From Kudoa neothunni (taxonomy: Eukaryota > Animalia > Cnidaria), in the NCBI GenBank assembly GCA_964304625.1, contig OZ199840.1, positions 1,900,532-1,964,531 on the forward strand: 64,000 bases of DNA, in the 5' to 3' direction. Of the stretch, positions 23,930 to 38,784 are shown piece by piece. The stretch's first letter is position 1; each line of letters opens with the position of its first letter. The position numbers and the translations under genes are program-made. The notes below the pieces were generated by a model. It worked only from the letters and a program-made list of their open reading frames with translations. It made no database searches and was not told the DNA's origin.

Positions 23930-26900
23930 TCTGCCTGCGTGCGGTCGTCAATACTCACTTGTCGTTCTATTAGGGGCTAACTAATGGTCCGATTAAGAGA
24001 AAAGTAACGAGGTTAATTTTAAGGATGGTAGTTGTCGTACTTGAAACACCATGCTTTAAATGTTTTTTTGACTAAGAATTATTGAGCTTTTTATTTTTTA
24101 AATTTTGTTGATAAATTATTCGATCTGGTAGACTATTGTGTGATAATGTGTTTAGTGTGAAGTATGAAATTGATTGGGTTTGTGTTAATTTAATTAAATC
24201 GGTGATTGTAGTTCCTATCTGATTTTCTGTAAAAACTGTTGACTGTAAACAGAGCACACGCTCCCATCTGACGAGAGATTACTTTTAATATCACGACTCT
24301 ACCGAAGGTTTAAGAGATCAACTTATACTGATCTTTATTTAATCCATTTATCCCCTTTTATCATGTTGTTCCTAGGAATAAATCATGTATTAAATCCTTT
24401 AATTTTTTACTGTCGTTCTCTTTAATTATAGTGCGAAAATCGTATAAAAACTGATTCTTAATCATTACTAGTCAAGCTAATGATTACTTTGAGTGACGAA
24501 TTCGAGATATTTTTATAGTGTATGACACATGATAACACCACCTGTCTTATTTCATTATTTTTTATTAAATTTTTCTATAATAAAACAATATACATACCAA
24601 TTAGTATTCGCTTTATAATATATAATTTTTTAATCTCGGCATAATCCCTACTCCAATAGTTCTTAAGCTTTTTTCCTCGCGGAACCCTAATTTGTTCAGT
24701 AGCCTTATCACGGACCTCATTTTGTTTTTATGAATTCTCCAAATACACATATAAATATTTAAATCCTTTCGTTGTTCCCATTTTAACACTTAGTGGAAAC
24801 GTTAAAAGAGAGTTCAAATTATGGCCAAATTATTTATCCTAAAAGAAATAAAATTTGAATTATATATAATGTTAATATTTACTTAATTTAAAAAATCCCG
24901 ATGTAACAATAATCGGGAGCGAAAGGGAAAACTTGAATTATTTTTCTAATATCCTAAATTTTATTAAACTATTCATTAATTAATTACGTAAATTGGTTAA
25001 ATATGGAAATTAATTAATTAATTTTGTAGTGGTTTTGTATTAAAATATGCATTTAACTATTTTAATCGCTAAGATATGAATTATTGGTGATATTAAAACA
25101 AAAAATTAACAACTATGAACTATGAAATCCTTCCCAGTATTTTTTTTAGAAATTATTAAAATTCTAACCAAGTATACACAATGACGCATAATGTTTCTAA
25201 ATAAAAATTGTAATAAAATTTCTCGAATTAGTATACATATGTATGCGTAAATATTTAAAAGAAAAACCAATAAATAATTTCCAGGTGAAAAATGCTCATA
25301 CAATAATCGAAGTATTTTTACTATATAAAATCTCTATTTTTGTTAATTATTGTGTTTATTAAAATAAATGGTTAACAAACGAGGAATTATTGTATAATAG
25401 AATGCTAGAATAACAACAACAAAATTTTTATACAAATAACAGATATTTAAAGAATATTTGATAGGACTTTGGATCAATAAACTCAGAATTCTGACAAAGA
25501 ATTTGAAAGAGTTCTGCGCGTATAAATGATTTCGTGACTTATTTTTTATGGTATCCAGCATGAAAATCTATTTTCGCAATAATAGATTGTTGTAAACGAG
25601 ATAATCATTCTAATTGCACAGTCTACAATATTAAGAAATATTTTTTACAACTTTTAGTTTTTATCCAAAAACTTAATGAATAAACTTTTTATGGATTTTT
25701 TACGAAATACATTATAAACATATTTTTCAATACATATAAAATATTAATGAGAAACAATAAAGCCACACTATATTTGAAATTTTGAATAATTACGCTAATG
25801 TTAAAAAATACCTCATTATAATGAATGAACGACAATAAAATTGGATTTGGAATTTGTTGAAATCGCTCAAAGATAACCTGGGGTCAGTGCACCCCAGATT
25901 AAAAACCACTGCTCTACTCGAATGGAATCGAGGATAAAACAATTATCTAAAACTCTTAAATTATTCGAAAATTTAAACGTCAAAGATAATTCAAATTGTT
26001 AATAAATATTATATTTTTATATAACATTAAATGAACAAACTTGCAAAGTAGAAATATGTAGTGTACGCTCGAAGATATCATGTTTTTATATTTTTAAAAT
26101 ATTCAGGAAACTTACAAAGTAAATATTAAATCCGTATCTTAATTTTTTACTTTATAAAAATTTTTTATGATTTAGTTTAACGAATAAAAACATCATTGTC
26201 ATACTTTTGGATGATAAAGTATATATCAATAAATTAATTGTCAGAAATCTAAGTGAAATTAATTATTATGAATTAATTTATGATGTGGCTATTTTTGTGA
26301 TAGATAAGTTTTTAGTTGAGAGTGTTTTTTAATAATGGATTTAAGAAAGAGATGGAGTTATTTTTATTTTTTTCTTTCTATATATACATGAGGTTTTATT
26401 GAATTATATGATATATTTATACATCTAATCATCAGCTTTTTTTATGTTCTATGTTACCAATATATTTAATTTAATCTTTTGCTTGAAGCGTCTGAAACAG
26501 TTACGAGCGTGGTAGTGCTAATAAGGTGTATCTGCTGTATCCTTGGAATAGTATGTCAAAATATGTTTTGAATCCTTAAAATATAATCAATCACGATAAA
26601 TTAAAATTTAGTTCGGATAGATTTTTGAGAGGTTTACTGATGTGTAAGAGAGCATTATTAGCTAGATAATAATGGACAATTATGTGAATATACAAAATTT
26701 AAAGGTCTGAGTTTTTGATGCATCAATTATTTAAGAGATAAATTTGAACATGTTGATAAAAAATAAATGAATTTTGTGGTTCACATTCGTCAATGGATTC
26801 TGAGAAGTTTTCGGCTGCTTCCCTAACAATAGGATTATGTTAACGCGAGAAAAATCCATCCTTATTTTTCTTGTTCATCTTTTTTCTATAATCATTTTGA

Positions 26901-29538
26901 ATGTTTTTAATAACTAAAGTTTAGATGTGTTAGGTGATAATAAAATTAGTTTATTTAAAAGCCTTATTACATCGTTAGTATTTGGTTTATTGGGACAAAA
27001 ATCTGTAGTTCAACTAAATTGTTCAAACGATCACTTTTTCAGATTTAAGACTGTCTGTCCCCACAAATAGAAACTAGTGATCCTTAACAATTATCCACCT
27101 GTATAAAATAGAAAACATTACATTTTATTACTGTTTTTATCATTGAGTATATATATATATATATATATTAATCATTAAGAAAGTTATTTATGCAGAATAA
27201 ACGACAACCTGTAACTGATGATCGAAACGCTAACATCTAGTATCTAGTATAGCGGATTCGTGTGATGTAATCGGGTTTATGTCGTAAATATCAAACCAGT
27301 TTTACTGAAATAAAATCTTTTTACTTTTTAAAGTAATTTAATTTTTACAACTGATTTAAATAAAAATATAATTGATCAAAATTCAGAATAGTTATTGTTT
27401 TTTAAATAATATCACATAATATCACATGGTTCAAAATGCGTAAGTTTTATCGTAAAAATTATAGTTGTATTATATTGAGCCGAACAGAATTTGATTTCTA
27501 GTAGATTCAAGAAATATTGGTTGAATCTACAAAGTACACTTTGAACTACGAAAACAGACTATTTGGATTTGGGGGTACGGAAAATACTCGGACTCGAGAA
27601 AAGAAGGTTTGAGTAGAAGCCAGGAATTACAAAAATTAATAAAAAATTCTATACGGAATTTATATAATGTTATATTTTCCTTTGTATTTTAAAAATTACT
27701 TAATAGATCATTAGATTTTTAAATATATTTTTTAAATGAGAATTTTGGTAGAGTTAACGAAAAAAGATACTAGGAATTTATCTAATAATACGAATAATTC
27801 AATTGATCGTTTTAATTTTTAGTTATAATAGCTTATATCTAATATTTATGTTTTTATTTTTTTTAATCAGTTTAATTATTGATTAAACATAAATAAGAAA
27901 ATACATTTTATTAAAATTAATTTGAGAGACAATCTAAAATTATTTTATTTATTTTTTCTTACCTAGAATAACATTCTTTTCGTGGTGTGAAAATGTAAAC
28001 AGTTGAATATTTTTTAGAATAAGTTATATATATATGTAATACAATATACTTCGTCACTTTCAGCCTATTAGTCAAAGCATTATTTAAAATTAAGTAACGT
28101 AAGAAAAAGAAAATTTGGCTAAAGATGCTCAATTAATGTATCTCTGTAATTGAGAAACCCACAACTGTTAATTTTCTTGACATGACGCTCATGAATTTGA
28201 TGCCTCAACATAGAATATTAAAACTGTGATAATTAAGTGATACAAAAAACTGTATTTTTCAATAATTTAACGATTACTTGATACAACTGATTATATAACG
28301 GTGACACAACCAATTTTTCACAAGGATTTCTGCCAAAATATATTTAAAACGCAGAAACTAGTATCTGTGAAGTTTCTATATGTTTCAACTTTTAATATTA
28401 ATAAATTAGAACTGATGGATTCATTTTTAGTACTTTACAACGGTAGAGAGTTTCACAAGTGAGCATAACGAGGTTTAAAAAGAAGTCAGAACAGAATTAA
28501 AAACATTTTTGAAACCTGAGGCAATTTTATATAATTATAAAAGAATTTAAAACATTTTAAAGGTTACTATTAATTCGTAGAGAAGGATCAACCAAATTAA
28601 TAATACTTCGCATTAAATAACTTATACATGCTAAAAATTGAGCGGAGACATTTTTTACTGCTATTTATTACTCAAATAAGATAAAGTTTAAATTCAATGG
28701 CTACTTAGGTTGTGCCTTATTTATTTTAAACTAAAATCAGTCACTTATCGAACGGCATACATGATCATCGATTAAATCAAAGCATTTTTAAATGAAATTT
28801 ATTCAAGTGAAAAAGTGGTTAAATATGTGTTCAACATTGATTAAAAAATTGTAAAACTCCCTCCGTCCACGTGGATACAGGAAATGTACGTAAAGAAGAG
28901 ATTCGATTCCCGGCCCGTTGCGTATGAACCCTGTCTCACTTCATATAAAGATGTGTAAACTCAAAAAAAATATTCTCGTTATATATTTTTAATAGATTAT
29001 TAAACATAATAAGTCCGTTCCATTATTTATTTGTTTAAATTATAAAAATTACTTTAGTAACATGAGTATAATTCAATTATGTCAATAAATAAATTATGTG
29101 AAAAATCTAAAATTTTATCCAACAAATTTTCGTTTAACTATTAATAAAAAATTAACACGGTCGCCAATATTTGTTGAATTTTAAATGAACATCAGACATA
29201 TGAGGTTAAAAATAAAAGATGATTACATAGATTTCTTTTTATTGTTAAAATATTACAATGACTGAAAATGAATTTTTTCAATTATATTTAATAATATGTT
29301 TATCTTCGAAATAAATCAAACTCTTCTATTATTTATTTTAGAGTAGTCATTGAGAAATAGAGATCACACATAATCATTGTCGTGGATTTAGGATGGATAT
29401 AAATATTTTATGTATAGTAGAAAACGATGAAATATATATAAATGGGCGCATTTTTATATTTGAATTGGTTTCCAATTATAAACAATTCAAATAAACAAAA
29501 ATTGGTCAATTATTACAATAATACTTAAGAAAGATCAA

Positions 29539-32500
29539 TCAATATTCGGGAATATAATTTTTATTTGGAAGAAGTACTTCAACTTGGGTCTTTATTTCTG
29601 GGTCCAATGATAGCAAGTACTGGTCGAATTGTTTTGGATAAGCATTCTATATGATAATTTAGCATAATATAAAAATAACTAAATAGAGATAACCTTTATT
29701 TTCTCGGTGGATTCTATAACAATTTCCGAGAATTTCTCGTCATAATATTTCGATAGGACATGAACAGAAAACTCCAAAACAAGCGGAAGTAAATTATCGA
29801 ATTCAATATCTTTATTTGGAATATACGTGAAAATATCATTGAGCACATTGTGTATGAAAGTTATCCAAATTTTAGATCTCTTAGATTTGGGGTATTTCAG
29901 GAGTATTGTTAGCATGGGGTAAATGGCGGGAATTATTTGTACTTTATAGGTAGGTAGAACATCATGGATAAAAAATTGAACCGCATCTATTGGAGTTTCA
30001 AAAAAATATTTTATATCACCTAGTTGGGGTTCCAAAAATCTTTGTACGAGATTATTTTCAGATTTAGCTGCTTCGTCGGTAATTTCAATTATGCGATTTA
30101 TTTTATTTTTAAAAATTTCACCAATAAACTTGATATCAGAAAATTCCAATGCATCCATAAATTTTGGTATAGTTATACATTTCTTGAAACTGTGGATTAT
30201 CCGAAACGTTTTAAAGTCGGATCCGCGCTCTATCAATTGTAAAATTGTATTTTTGAGGCCATTGTGCCAGGTATTTTTTGCCTCTTGGCCACCTCCGAAA
30301 ACACAAGCAGTTCTCAACAACAGATGAACACCTTCAGTAATGTATGCATAATCACATCTTCCTCCGATATTGCTTAGTATCTGTTCAACAATCTTCAGAC
30401 AATTTATAACACATTCAGAGAATTTCCATTCGGAATTTTCAACCAACCTCATGACAAACAAGCATAACAAATAAATTCCTCCATCACGTTCCCCAGGAAA
30501 ACATTCGGTGCAACCAAGCGGATGACGGTCTCTAAAGAAGTTATTCTTGTCCTCTTCGCCAAGTTCCAAAATCATCTTATTGATATTGGAGAGGTAGTTT
30601 ATGAAAGCCGATGCGATCTTCGGCCTTAGGGATTCAAAACATTTGGTTTGGTATCCAAGAAAAGAAATTGACAGAATAAAAAGACATGATGGAACCTCCA
30701 ATTTACCAGGAAACAACTTATGAGAAACGCTAGAACCTTTAACATAATTCGAAATTATAGGAGTGAGTTTTTTGGTGAAATTAAATGGGTTAGTTGATGC
30801 AGTTTGACATTTAATTGAAGCAGTTTTATGAAGGCATTTTAACACATTAGGAACTAAATCATGAAGACCCGGATTCAACATAATCGTATCCATCATAATG
30901 AGGAGGTTGATAATAATTTCAGGAATGTATGGCTCAATTTCATCGCCCAAATATTCGTAGATAGGATCACTGTTGTCGATGATTAATTCAACCAATAGCC
31001 TTCGTAAATTGAGTTCTTCATATTTGAACAACTCACCAAAATATTCCATTAAATATCGAGCACCATTTTCAGGCCTTATTTTTTGCTCGTGTATGTTGAA
31101 TTTACCAGGAATCCGTCCGAAAGACTTGAGGGATAGTATTTTAACGTTTAATGATTTTGAAAGCAACCCAATGTCAAATAAACTACGTTTTATTCTACTG
31201 TGTAATTCAACGAAATCTGGTTCTGGGAAATGAAGACACAAAGCTCTGTAGGTGTCAACTGCAAAACATCCGACAATGGAATTAATACTTAAAGAATAAT
31301 TGCATAATTTCTTCCTCACTTCATAGGGATCGAAGTCTTCCACATCCCTGGAAATTTGGAAAATTACCTTGAGTAAACGCATGGCTACAACCTTGCGTCT
31401 CCAATCGTCGGATTTTAAAAGCTTTGAAGCTCTGTCTTGAAGTATTGGATACATAGTTTCCATCGGCCACAAAAGAGTGATACTTTTAAGGCAACTATGT
31501 GCTTGAGAAGCATCTTGTGACAAACGTACCTCTTCACATTTATAATAATCCTGAAACTCCTCCTTGGTCAAACTCGAATAGCACCGTGCCTGAAAATTCA
31601 ATAAACTATCCACGATCACTGGTATATAGTCTTCCCAGTATTGTTCTGTGAATTCGGGATATTCTCTAATAAAAAGTTCCAACCAATAGTATATTTCTAA
31701 AGCCACTGATTTCTCAATGTTTGTGTTATTTAGAATTGAGATAATTCTTCGAATCATCTTTTTCGAGTACATCTTAAATATGTGGGAATTACTCTTGAAA
31801 ACCTCAACTAGGTTTTTCATAAAGTCCAAAGCATTCAAAGTCAAAACTATCTCTTCCATTACATCAAATAGATGAGGAACCAATTTGGCAAAGGTTCCGG
31901 TACAAAGATTTGATCGACCAACTCTCTGAAATAATTTCTGTAGTATCTTCATTGCACAAAATATCACCTGTATTTGGCATAAATTTATTTTATTTCAAAT
32001 TTATTAATTCTGTGGTAATTTTAATATTAAAATATGCTATTTAATCAATATTTGTTTTCATCTTTAATTTCGTTATGCAACTAATGCAAAGAAAGGCATA
32101 CTTGAGGTTTATTACGGTGTTCTCTAAGACAACTAATCAATAATGCTTTGTACTGTGCTAATCGTTGTCTCTTATTTCTCCCCAATAATTTGTAAGCGTT
32201 CCTATGTAACATATAACGATTAATCAGTCCTAATCGATAAATATTCCACTTACGCCACTTGCGTTACTATAATTTTGGTAAGGTCAGCACGATTGGGCGG
32301 TTCACAACAGATAATTAAATCAACAAATATTTCCCATTTCTCCGTTCTATCATTATTAATAACTCCAACAAGACATACGAACAGCGAAAATAATTCTTGT
32401 TGAAAACCCGCTTTTTCTTCGTTCTTTATAAGTCGTAATATGCGACACTTGGAGTCATTGATCAAAGATTGGGAAATCTCTTCTTCAATCATCCAATTAG

Positions 32501-32806
32501 CAAATATCGATTTGAGCATTAGGGTGGCCTTCTTCTTAAGCTAAAACTAGTGTTATTAACGTTAGAAAGTACGCCTTCACTTCCATAGATTTCTGCGAGG
32601 ATAAAACGTTGAGTAAAAGTTCCACATTAGTTCCAGTTGGCTTTGAATTGATAAGTATCTAGATATTGTATTTTCATCTCAATAATCACCAGTGTAAATA
32701 CTTTCGCCTGGTGATCCTCATATCCACCCTCTGAATCCAGTTGGTTCAGTGATGAACAAAAACTTTCAAAATCAAATGGTTTATTTTCCTTATCATCCGC
32801 ACTCAT
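29539..32806 (-). CDS. Divergent importin-beta/karyopherin-like HEAT-repeat protein (IPO4/IPO5-like), multi-exon
   Basis: ATG at 32806, GT-AG-joined exons into the 762-aa ORF and a last exon ending at 29539. Helical repeats include LLKSDDWRRKVVAMRLL, which resembles the S.DW..R.A motif of importin-4/5. Confidence 0.6.
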
Positions 32807-34940
32807 AATGATCTTTCTAATGGGAAATTAAAATAGTTTATATTTTAATGTACTAAAATTTAGCGTTCACTTTTATTAAGCTAAAATATTAAAATAATTG
32901 TTCGTGAGATGATTACGAATTTTAATGGCACCGTCACTGTGATTATGATTATCGATCGAATATTGTATAGGGTTATCTAATTTCTATGGTATCCCCGTTA
33001 AGATATAGCCTAGAAACTTGGTTTGAAATGTGGCCATTTATTGTTAAATTTCAAGACTGTATAAAGTTATTAATTCATTTGAAAATCAAGGAGATGATTG
33101 TAAAAAACTCATTCTATAATATCATTTTTTAGCACAAAATCTCATCTATACACTTTTATAAGTATGAAGGATTAAAATAATTTATTTTTTAGTTATAAAG
33201 TGAATATATGTAAATTAAAATCGAATAAATACTTTTTAATAATAATATTAAATTATTCAATTGAACTACATTTTCGACTTATCTTATCTGGCCATAGTTA
33301 AAAATTTAAAGAATTACACAAAAATTATAGATTACTGGTTGAGAACGAACGATAAATATTATTAAAAGTTTATAAATCTGATAAAAACTCCTTAGCGTTG
33401 TTTCCAAGTGTGACTAAAAACTCAGGAATTGTGGTTATCGACTTTAGCCGATGTTATCCTCCTTCTAATGTTCAGTATTTTAATTTTGATCTACTCAATA
33501 TTTGATAAGCTATTTTGAAAGACAAAAACTATTGGCACTGTAAAATTTAATCCTAAACGGCATGTACACATGTCTGATGTAAATTTTTAATCACATTAAA
33601 CCTTGATCGCAACCTCTATACAGATTTAATTTTTTAGGATTTGCTATATTTAACCTTTAATGTACTGAAAATCGACTGCATTCCGATGGGCTCTGGGGTA
33701 GAAATATATCTTACGTTTTTATTTGATCATTTGTTACAACAAAGTCTCGTAAGAAGCAATACTGAAAAGTTTAACGAATATGAAAAAAGAATAATGTGTT
33801 ACAACGTAAATAAATTCGTTAATAATCTCGAGAATCCTACGAATACCACTTTTGTCAACAATCGTCACATTAGATTTAAGGCAGATTTCGATTGATCGTG
33901 TTATTCTAATTAAATAGTTTAGAATTAGCATGTAAATCTACACAACTTCTTAGCCTATATTTTTTGCCGTAAGTAATCCGCATTTAATGTAAGCAAGCTC
34001 CACAATCATTTATTAGGCGGTCCTTACACTAATATTTATTGCATATTGCACACACTACATTGGTTATTTACTCCATTTTCTTAAAAATGGGATTGTAGGT
34101 AGTTTTGGATTTTTGGTCACCACGTTTCTTTCTATGAGTAGGCCATATAATAATTTCGAATCCATTTCAAGAACTTTCTCCGGAATATATCATCACCAAA
34201 AACCCGTTTATATACAGAATCACGAGGTCTTTTTACAGTTTGTAAGTGTTATATCGTAGAATCTAGATTACAAAAATCCTAAAATTCGTCATTTAGGCTA
34301 AAAAATATTTATTCTTTAGTTTATAAATAATATTATCTTGAATAAACACAGGTGATCTTAGAAAGTTCGAAACTATAAATGCTGAATTATCCAATAAGCA
34401 AAGTCTCCGGGGGTAGTTTTCTACTCCAAATCCATTAGAGGGTTAATTACTACTGGTTCTAAGAGTTATGTTGTGGGCCAGGTATAATTAATTAGAGTTA
34501 GAACTGGTGACACCTAAGTCTTTATTAACATGCAAACAGAGACGTTCTTTTTATATTTGTAATCATTCATTAATAAAAAAACTTTCAAATTGTAATTATT
34601 AAATCTAATACATTAAAAAGACTCTGCATAGGGAGTTTATTTTATCTCACATTTAATTTATATATAGATAGATGGAATTGTTAAATTAATTGTTGATTAG
34701 AGCATATAAGGTAGAATTTTAACTCTTTCGCGTCCTGTGTGCATTTAAATGCACACCAATAAAATTAAAAAAATCAAGAATCGCTAAATTTTTACGGAAT
34801 TTATGGAGATATAAAAACAATTAAAGGAATATTTCAATATCTTCAAGTTACATATGTATCCGCCTACGAGCTCAAATTTTTACCACATGCGTACATGTGT
34901 ACTTAGGGCATACACACAGTCATTCGTCATTATATGTATA

Positions 34941-36447
34941 CAGTGGGTGACGGGTATTACGTAATCCCTACGGGACCGAGGGAAAAGTGACAAATAGCCC
35001 GCAATGTTGTCTATTTGTCACCTAACGACGCTCGCACGTTCATTATAAAAACAAGTGTTTATTAATAATTCAAAATCTATTTGAACTACTAAAATAATCA
35101 AATTTTTGTTGATTCGTATCTTTTTCCGATGTCTTATAAAGTTCCATTTCAAGTCGATAAAGCCAATCCCAAACATCAGAACCGCATTGTTTAAAATGGC
35201 CTTTTAAATATATAAAATATTTTGATGCCTCTGTTGAATCATATAGCATATTTTTAATTTCGTCTTCTTCATCAAATGACCGTTTTGAAATTAACTCATT
35301 GCAAGTCTGGTCATCACCGATTAATTCTTCGGATGGATCAGGGGGAATTTCAGTACTATTTTCCTCGAAAATAAAACCAGCCTTTGCAAAACAATTTGAT
35401 ATTGTCTGCGGCCTGACATTTTCCCAAGATTTCTTTATCAATACCAAAGCATCCAAAATTTCAATCGTCCTTATATCTAAGTTATTTTTAACGTGAAAGA
35501 TACATTTTTCAATCAAATTTTGCTTATAAATCGACTTAAACGAATTGATTACACCCAGATCCATCGGTTGGAGTACAGAGGTTGGGTTTTGGGGGAAAAC
35601 ATTAACGTAATGTTGGAAAGACTTAATGGAGGGTGACAGCTTGCATTGTCCACGAAAAATAAAACTTTCAAATTTTTGTTTTTGAATGTTGGATTTTGTT
35701 GGATTAAATATTGAGTAAATATTTCAGTGGTCGTCCAGGCATTTTTATTTGAGTAATAAGGGATCGGCTTTCGGTTGAAATTTTTAAAACGTCTTGGTTG
35801 TCTATGATGACCCAAAACTATTGATTCAAGCTTTTCTCCTGTTAAGGAGGCCCCAAGCAATATCGTTATTCGTTTTTTGGATCGTTTAATGCATTTGGGA
35901 TTTGACTCGTTAGAAGAAATATAACTTCCTCCCAAATAGAATCTATAAAGTATCAACATTAAAAATGAGTTAGTAATGAATGATAAACAATCATCTCAAT
36001 ATTAATTAACTTAATATAAACTAAACGGTATCAATATACACAAACAAAATATTTAAGTTTTTACTTGAATGTTGTTGGTAGAATAAAGCAGTTTCATCCA
36101 AGTTAAAGATTTTATTTTTTCGTAATTCTTCAATATAGATTCTAATTGAGATTTCTAGTCAGACACATCGTCGCTCGCAGTATTAGAATTTCCATGAAAG
36201 TTAAATTTTCTGGGATTAAATCTATTTTTAAGTCCGCGAAACCATCCATAACTAACACACTTCGAATCTGTACAGAATTCTTCGTCGATTTCATCATTAT
36301 CTCCCTTTTTAAATTTTGTTGGAAAAATTTTTTAACTTAATAATATAAGTTTTCAAATGTATTTACAACCTTTTTTAAAGTTATTGTCTTCTACGTTATT
36401 TTAATTCGTTAGATATTCTAAAGGTGCCAAATACCCATCACCCACTG
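34941..36447 (-). mobile_element. pogo/Tigger DNA transposon, defective, intron-containing transposase
   Basis: TA-flanked TIRs CAGTGGGTGA(C/T)GGGTATT. Motifs NLDETALFY, SKKRITILL, NAWTT, VDNASCH, QPMDLGVI and TISNCFAKAGF. Frameshift near 35590. Confidence 0.9.
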
Positions 36448-36952
36448 TAGTAGACAGTAGTTAGAAAAAATCTCCATTATGGACTTAAAATAATTTTTTA
36501 AACTAGATGTTATCATTTTTACGTATTCGAATAAATAATATCATTAATATATTGGAACCACTTATTATTTTCATACATAAATTTGTTCATAAAAAAAAAG
36601 AAAATATAAGAAAATTATTTAACAATCTAGTGGATATCTCAAAATAGTTTAAATGTAAATTTTGATGCCGTTAAAAGAATAAAAATAAGATCGGATATGA
36701 TACGATACGATACGATATGAAAATATTTATTACAGAGATGATGTATTTCAAAGATACAAGAAAAAAATAGATAAGACTAAAGCTAATTTGGATATTATGA
36801 CTACACAATACACAATCCAACTCGGTTGAATTTCAAAGAAAGATGTACAAGTTTATTCGCCAATTTTTCTTTTTTTATTTGTATTTTGACCTATCACGCC
36901 AACAGTATTTCTACATATAGTATATTGGGTTAGATACAAAATAAACTATAAG

Positions 36953-38784
36953 CTACTTGGCAAGAGGTCCCCAATAAGGCGCAGGATTAAGTTGATAGCG
37001 AAGAATTTTCTTTTCAAACTTTGGCATTAAATTTTGGTCAACATCAAAATTATGATCGTATTTTGTGGGCTTGTCGAACAGTGCTTTCGCATGCATGTTC
37101 TTGATATTGCTACCGGTGGTGTTAGTGGATTTGGTTTTCGCCCATGCTCTGATAGAATCCCAAAACTCTAAAAAGGGTCGTATTGTAAAATGCAAATAAA
37201 TCTGTCAATTTTCGAAACATATATTTCAAGTTAGGATGTTTATCACCTTCAGGTGTTGCATTTGTTTTGATGGAATTTCGTTTGGCATGGGTTCTAGATA
37301 TTTGTTTGCCATTTCTGATTAGGTCACATATTATTTCTGCAGTGGGTGCCACGCAGCAGCGTAAAAAGCTAAAACAGTCAGGTATCGCGTAGTAGAATGG
37401 ACTGTCGGTCAATTCTTCTCGAAGTGTGGTCAACATACCTTAATACATAGTAGATATTCGGGTTCCATAGTGCCAATAATTTACCACGTATACGATTGGT
37501 AGTTTTGAATTTTGCCGAATTCGAGGTATTGTAATTGATGCAGGCATCCACAAACTCTGGTTGAAATATAGGATGCGAATAGATGGGGCCGGCAGTTTTC
37601 ATTTTGGAGTCACAATTCTCACACTGAAGCTCATTGTCAGATGGAAACTTGTTGGGTATGACCAGATTCTTTTTTGACAAACATCCTACTACAATAAAAG
37701 ATAATGATTTTAAAGTTTGATAATCAACAAACAATTTACAAGGATGTAGCTTGAATGACAGGCAATTTTCACAGTGAAGAAGATGTGATCGTTTAAGGGG
37801 CGACTTTTTAGCCTCTTCGGCACCTGTTTTCACTCTCACATATAATCTCACATAGAAATCCACACTAAGGCACATAAGCGGCTCCACATATCGCTGATAC
37901 CGACAAGCAATACTCTCCATACAATTTAATACAATACGCAAAGCCTACACACAAAACGAAACTAGAGGCTGCTTCACTTTGATAAATAACAAACCATTTC
38001 ATGGCAGTAAGGAACTTTTGCAGAAAAAGATCCATATTTGTAGAAGCATGCATCCACGTTATTCCCGCATAATGTTGCCATGTCGGTGGATGTCACACAC
38101 AACAAGCCCCCATCAGCCACTGTGTTGATGGCACTATCAAGGAAAGTAGCCACCGATCCATACGGATCCAAATCAACAACTTCAACTCTGTCACTTGGTG
38201 GAACTGCCAACTGAGACATCAGTTGTCTACTTAGAAAATAAACAACAGATCGAGTTCAACTGCAAGTACGATGCATCCATTTGAGTGATGAGTATCTTAT
38301 CGGTTAAACCACTCAACTGAGAATTGTATGCGATTGTTTTGACCGCGCTATCCAATAGATCGTTTGCTATGACATACTTGGCTTTATCCACCTCGAGTGC
38401 GTAGCGAAAACTCCGTAAACCAGTGGCAGCCAGCGATTCCAATATTACAAAATCACCAAATTGACGACCCACTATTTTAGATACACTTGGCTGATGAGAA
38501 ATGACTGGGAGATCGAATTTTTGAAAAAACTCGGTGGTTTTCTCACTCCAAGTGTTCTCTTGAATAGATCGCGTAATTTGATTGACTTTTCGTTTTCTTA
38601 ACCTGATTAACTCCTCCTCATAAATTTGAAAAAATGTATTGATAACAACTATGGTCAAATCTCTATTGAATTCTTGAACTGGATTGTAAAAAACCCCTTC
38701 TTCCTCGGGGACTTTTAGTGTCGCTTTCCCTTCAGATATCTCTGCAAATTTACACTCATCATCTCCATTTTTATTGAATTCCAT
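36953..38784 (-). CDS. TRM1: tRNA (guanine(26)-N2)-dimethyltransferase, 6 exons
   Basis: VFYNPVQEFNRDL, LESLAATGLRSFRYALE, ANDL, DLDPYGS, GGLLCVTSTD, DFYVRLYVRV, GPIY, HAKRNSIKTNA and FWDSIRAW. The apparent frameshifts resolve as short GT-AG introns. Confidence 0.95.

Noticed and set aside
28895-28920. tRNA T-loop/B-box-like GATTCGATTCCCGG
   Set aside because: No cloverleaf or A-box can be built; at most a SINE remnant.
24072-29500. Short ORFs in the AT-rich intergenic stretch
   Set aside because: I/L/F/K/N-biased chance ORFs without splice-consistent structure.
33520-33895. Penelope-like RT hints (IPMGS on +, LGLNF on -)
   Set aside because: Motifs lie on opposite strands and there is no intact YxDD; too degraded to call.
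36953-38784. Apparent frameshifts in TRM1, and likewise in synaptojanin and the USP
   Set aside because: Those checked resolve as short GT-AG introns.
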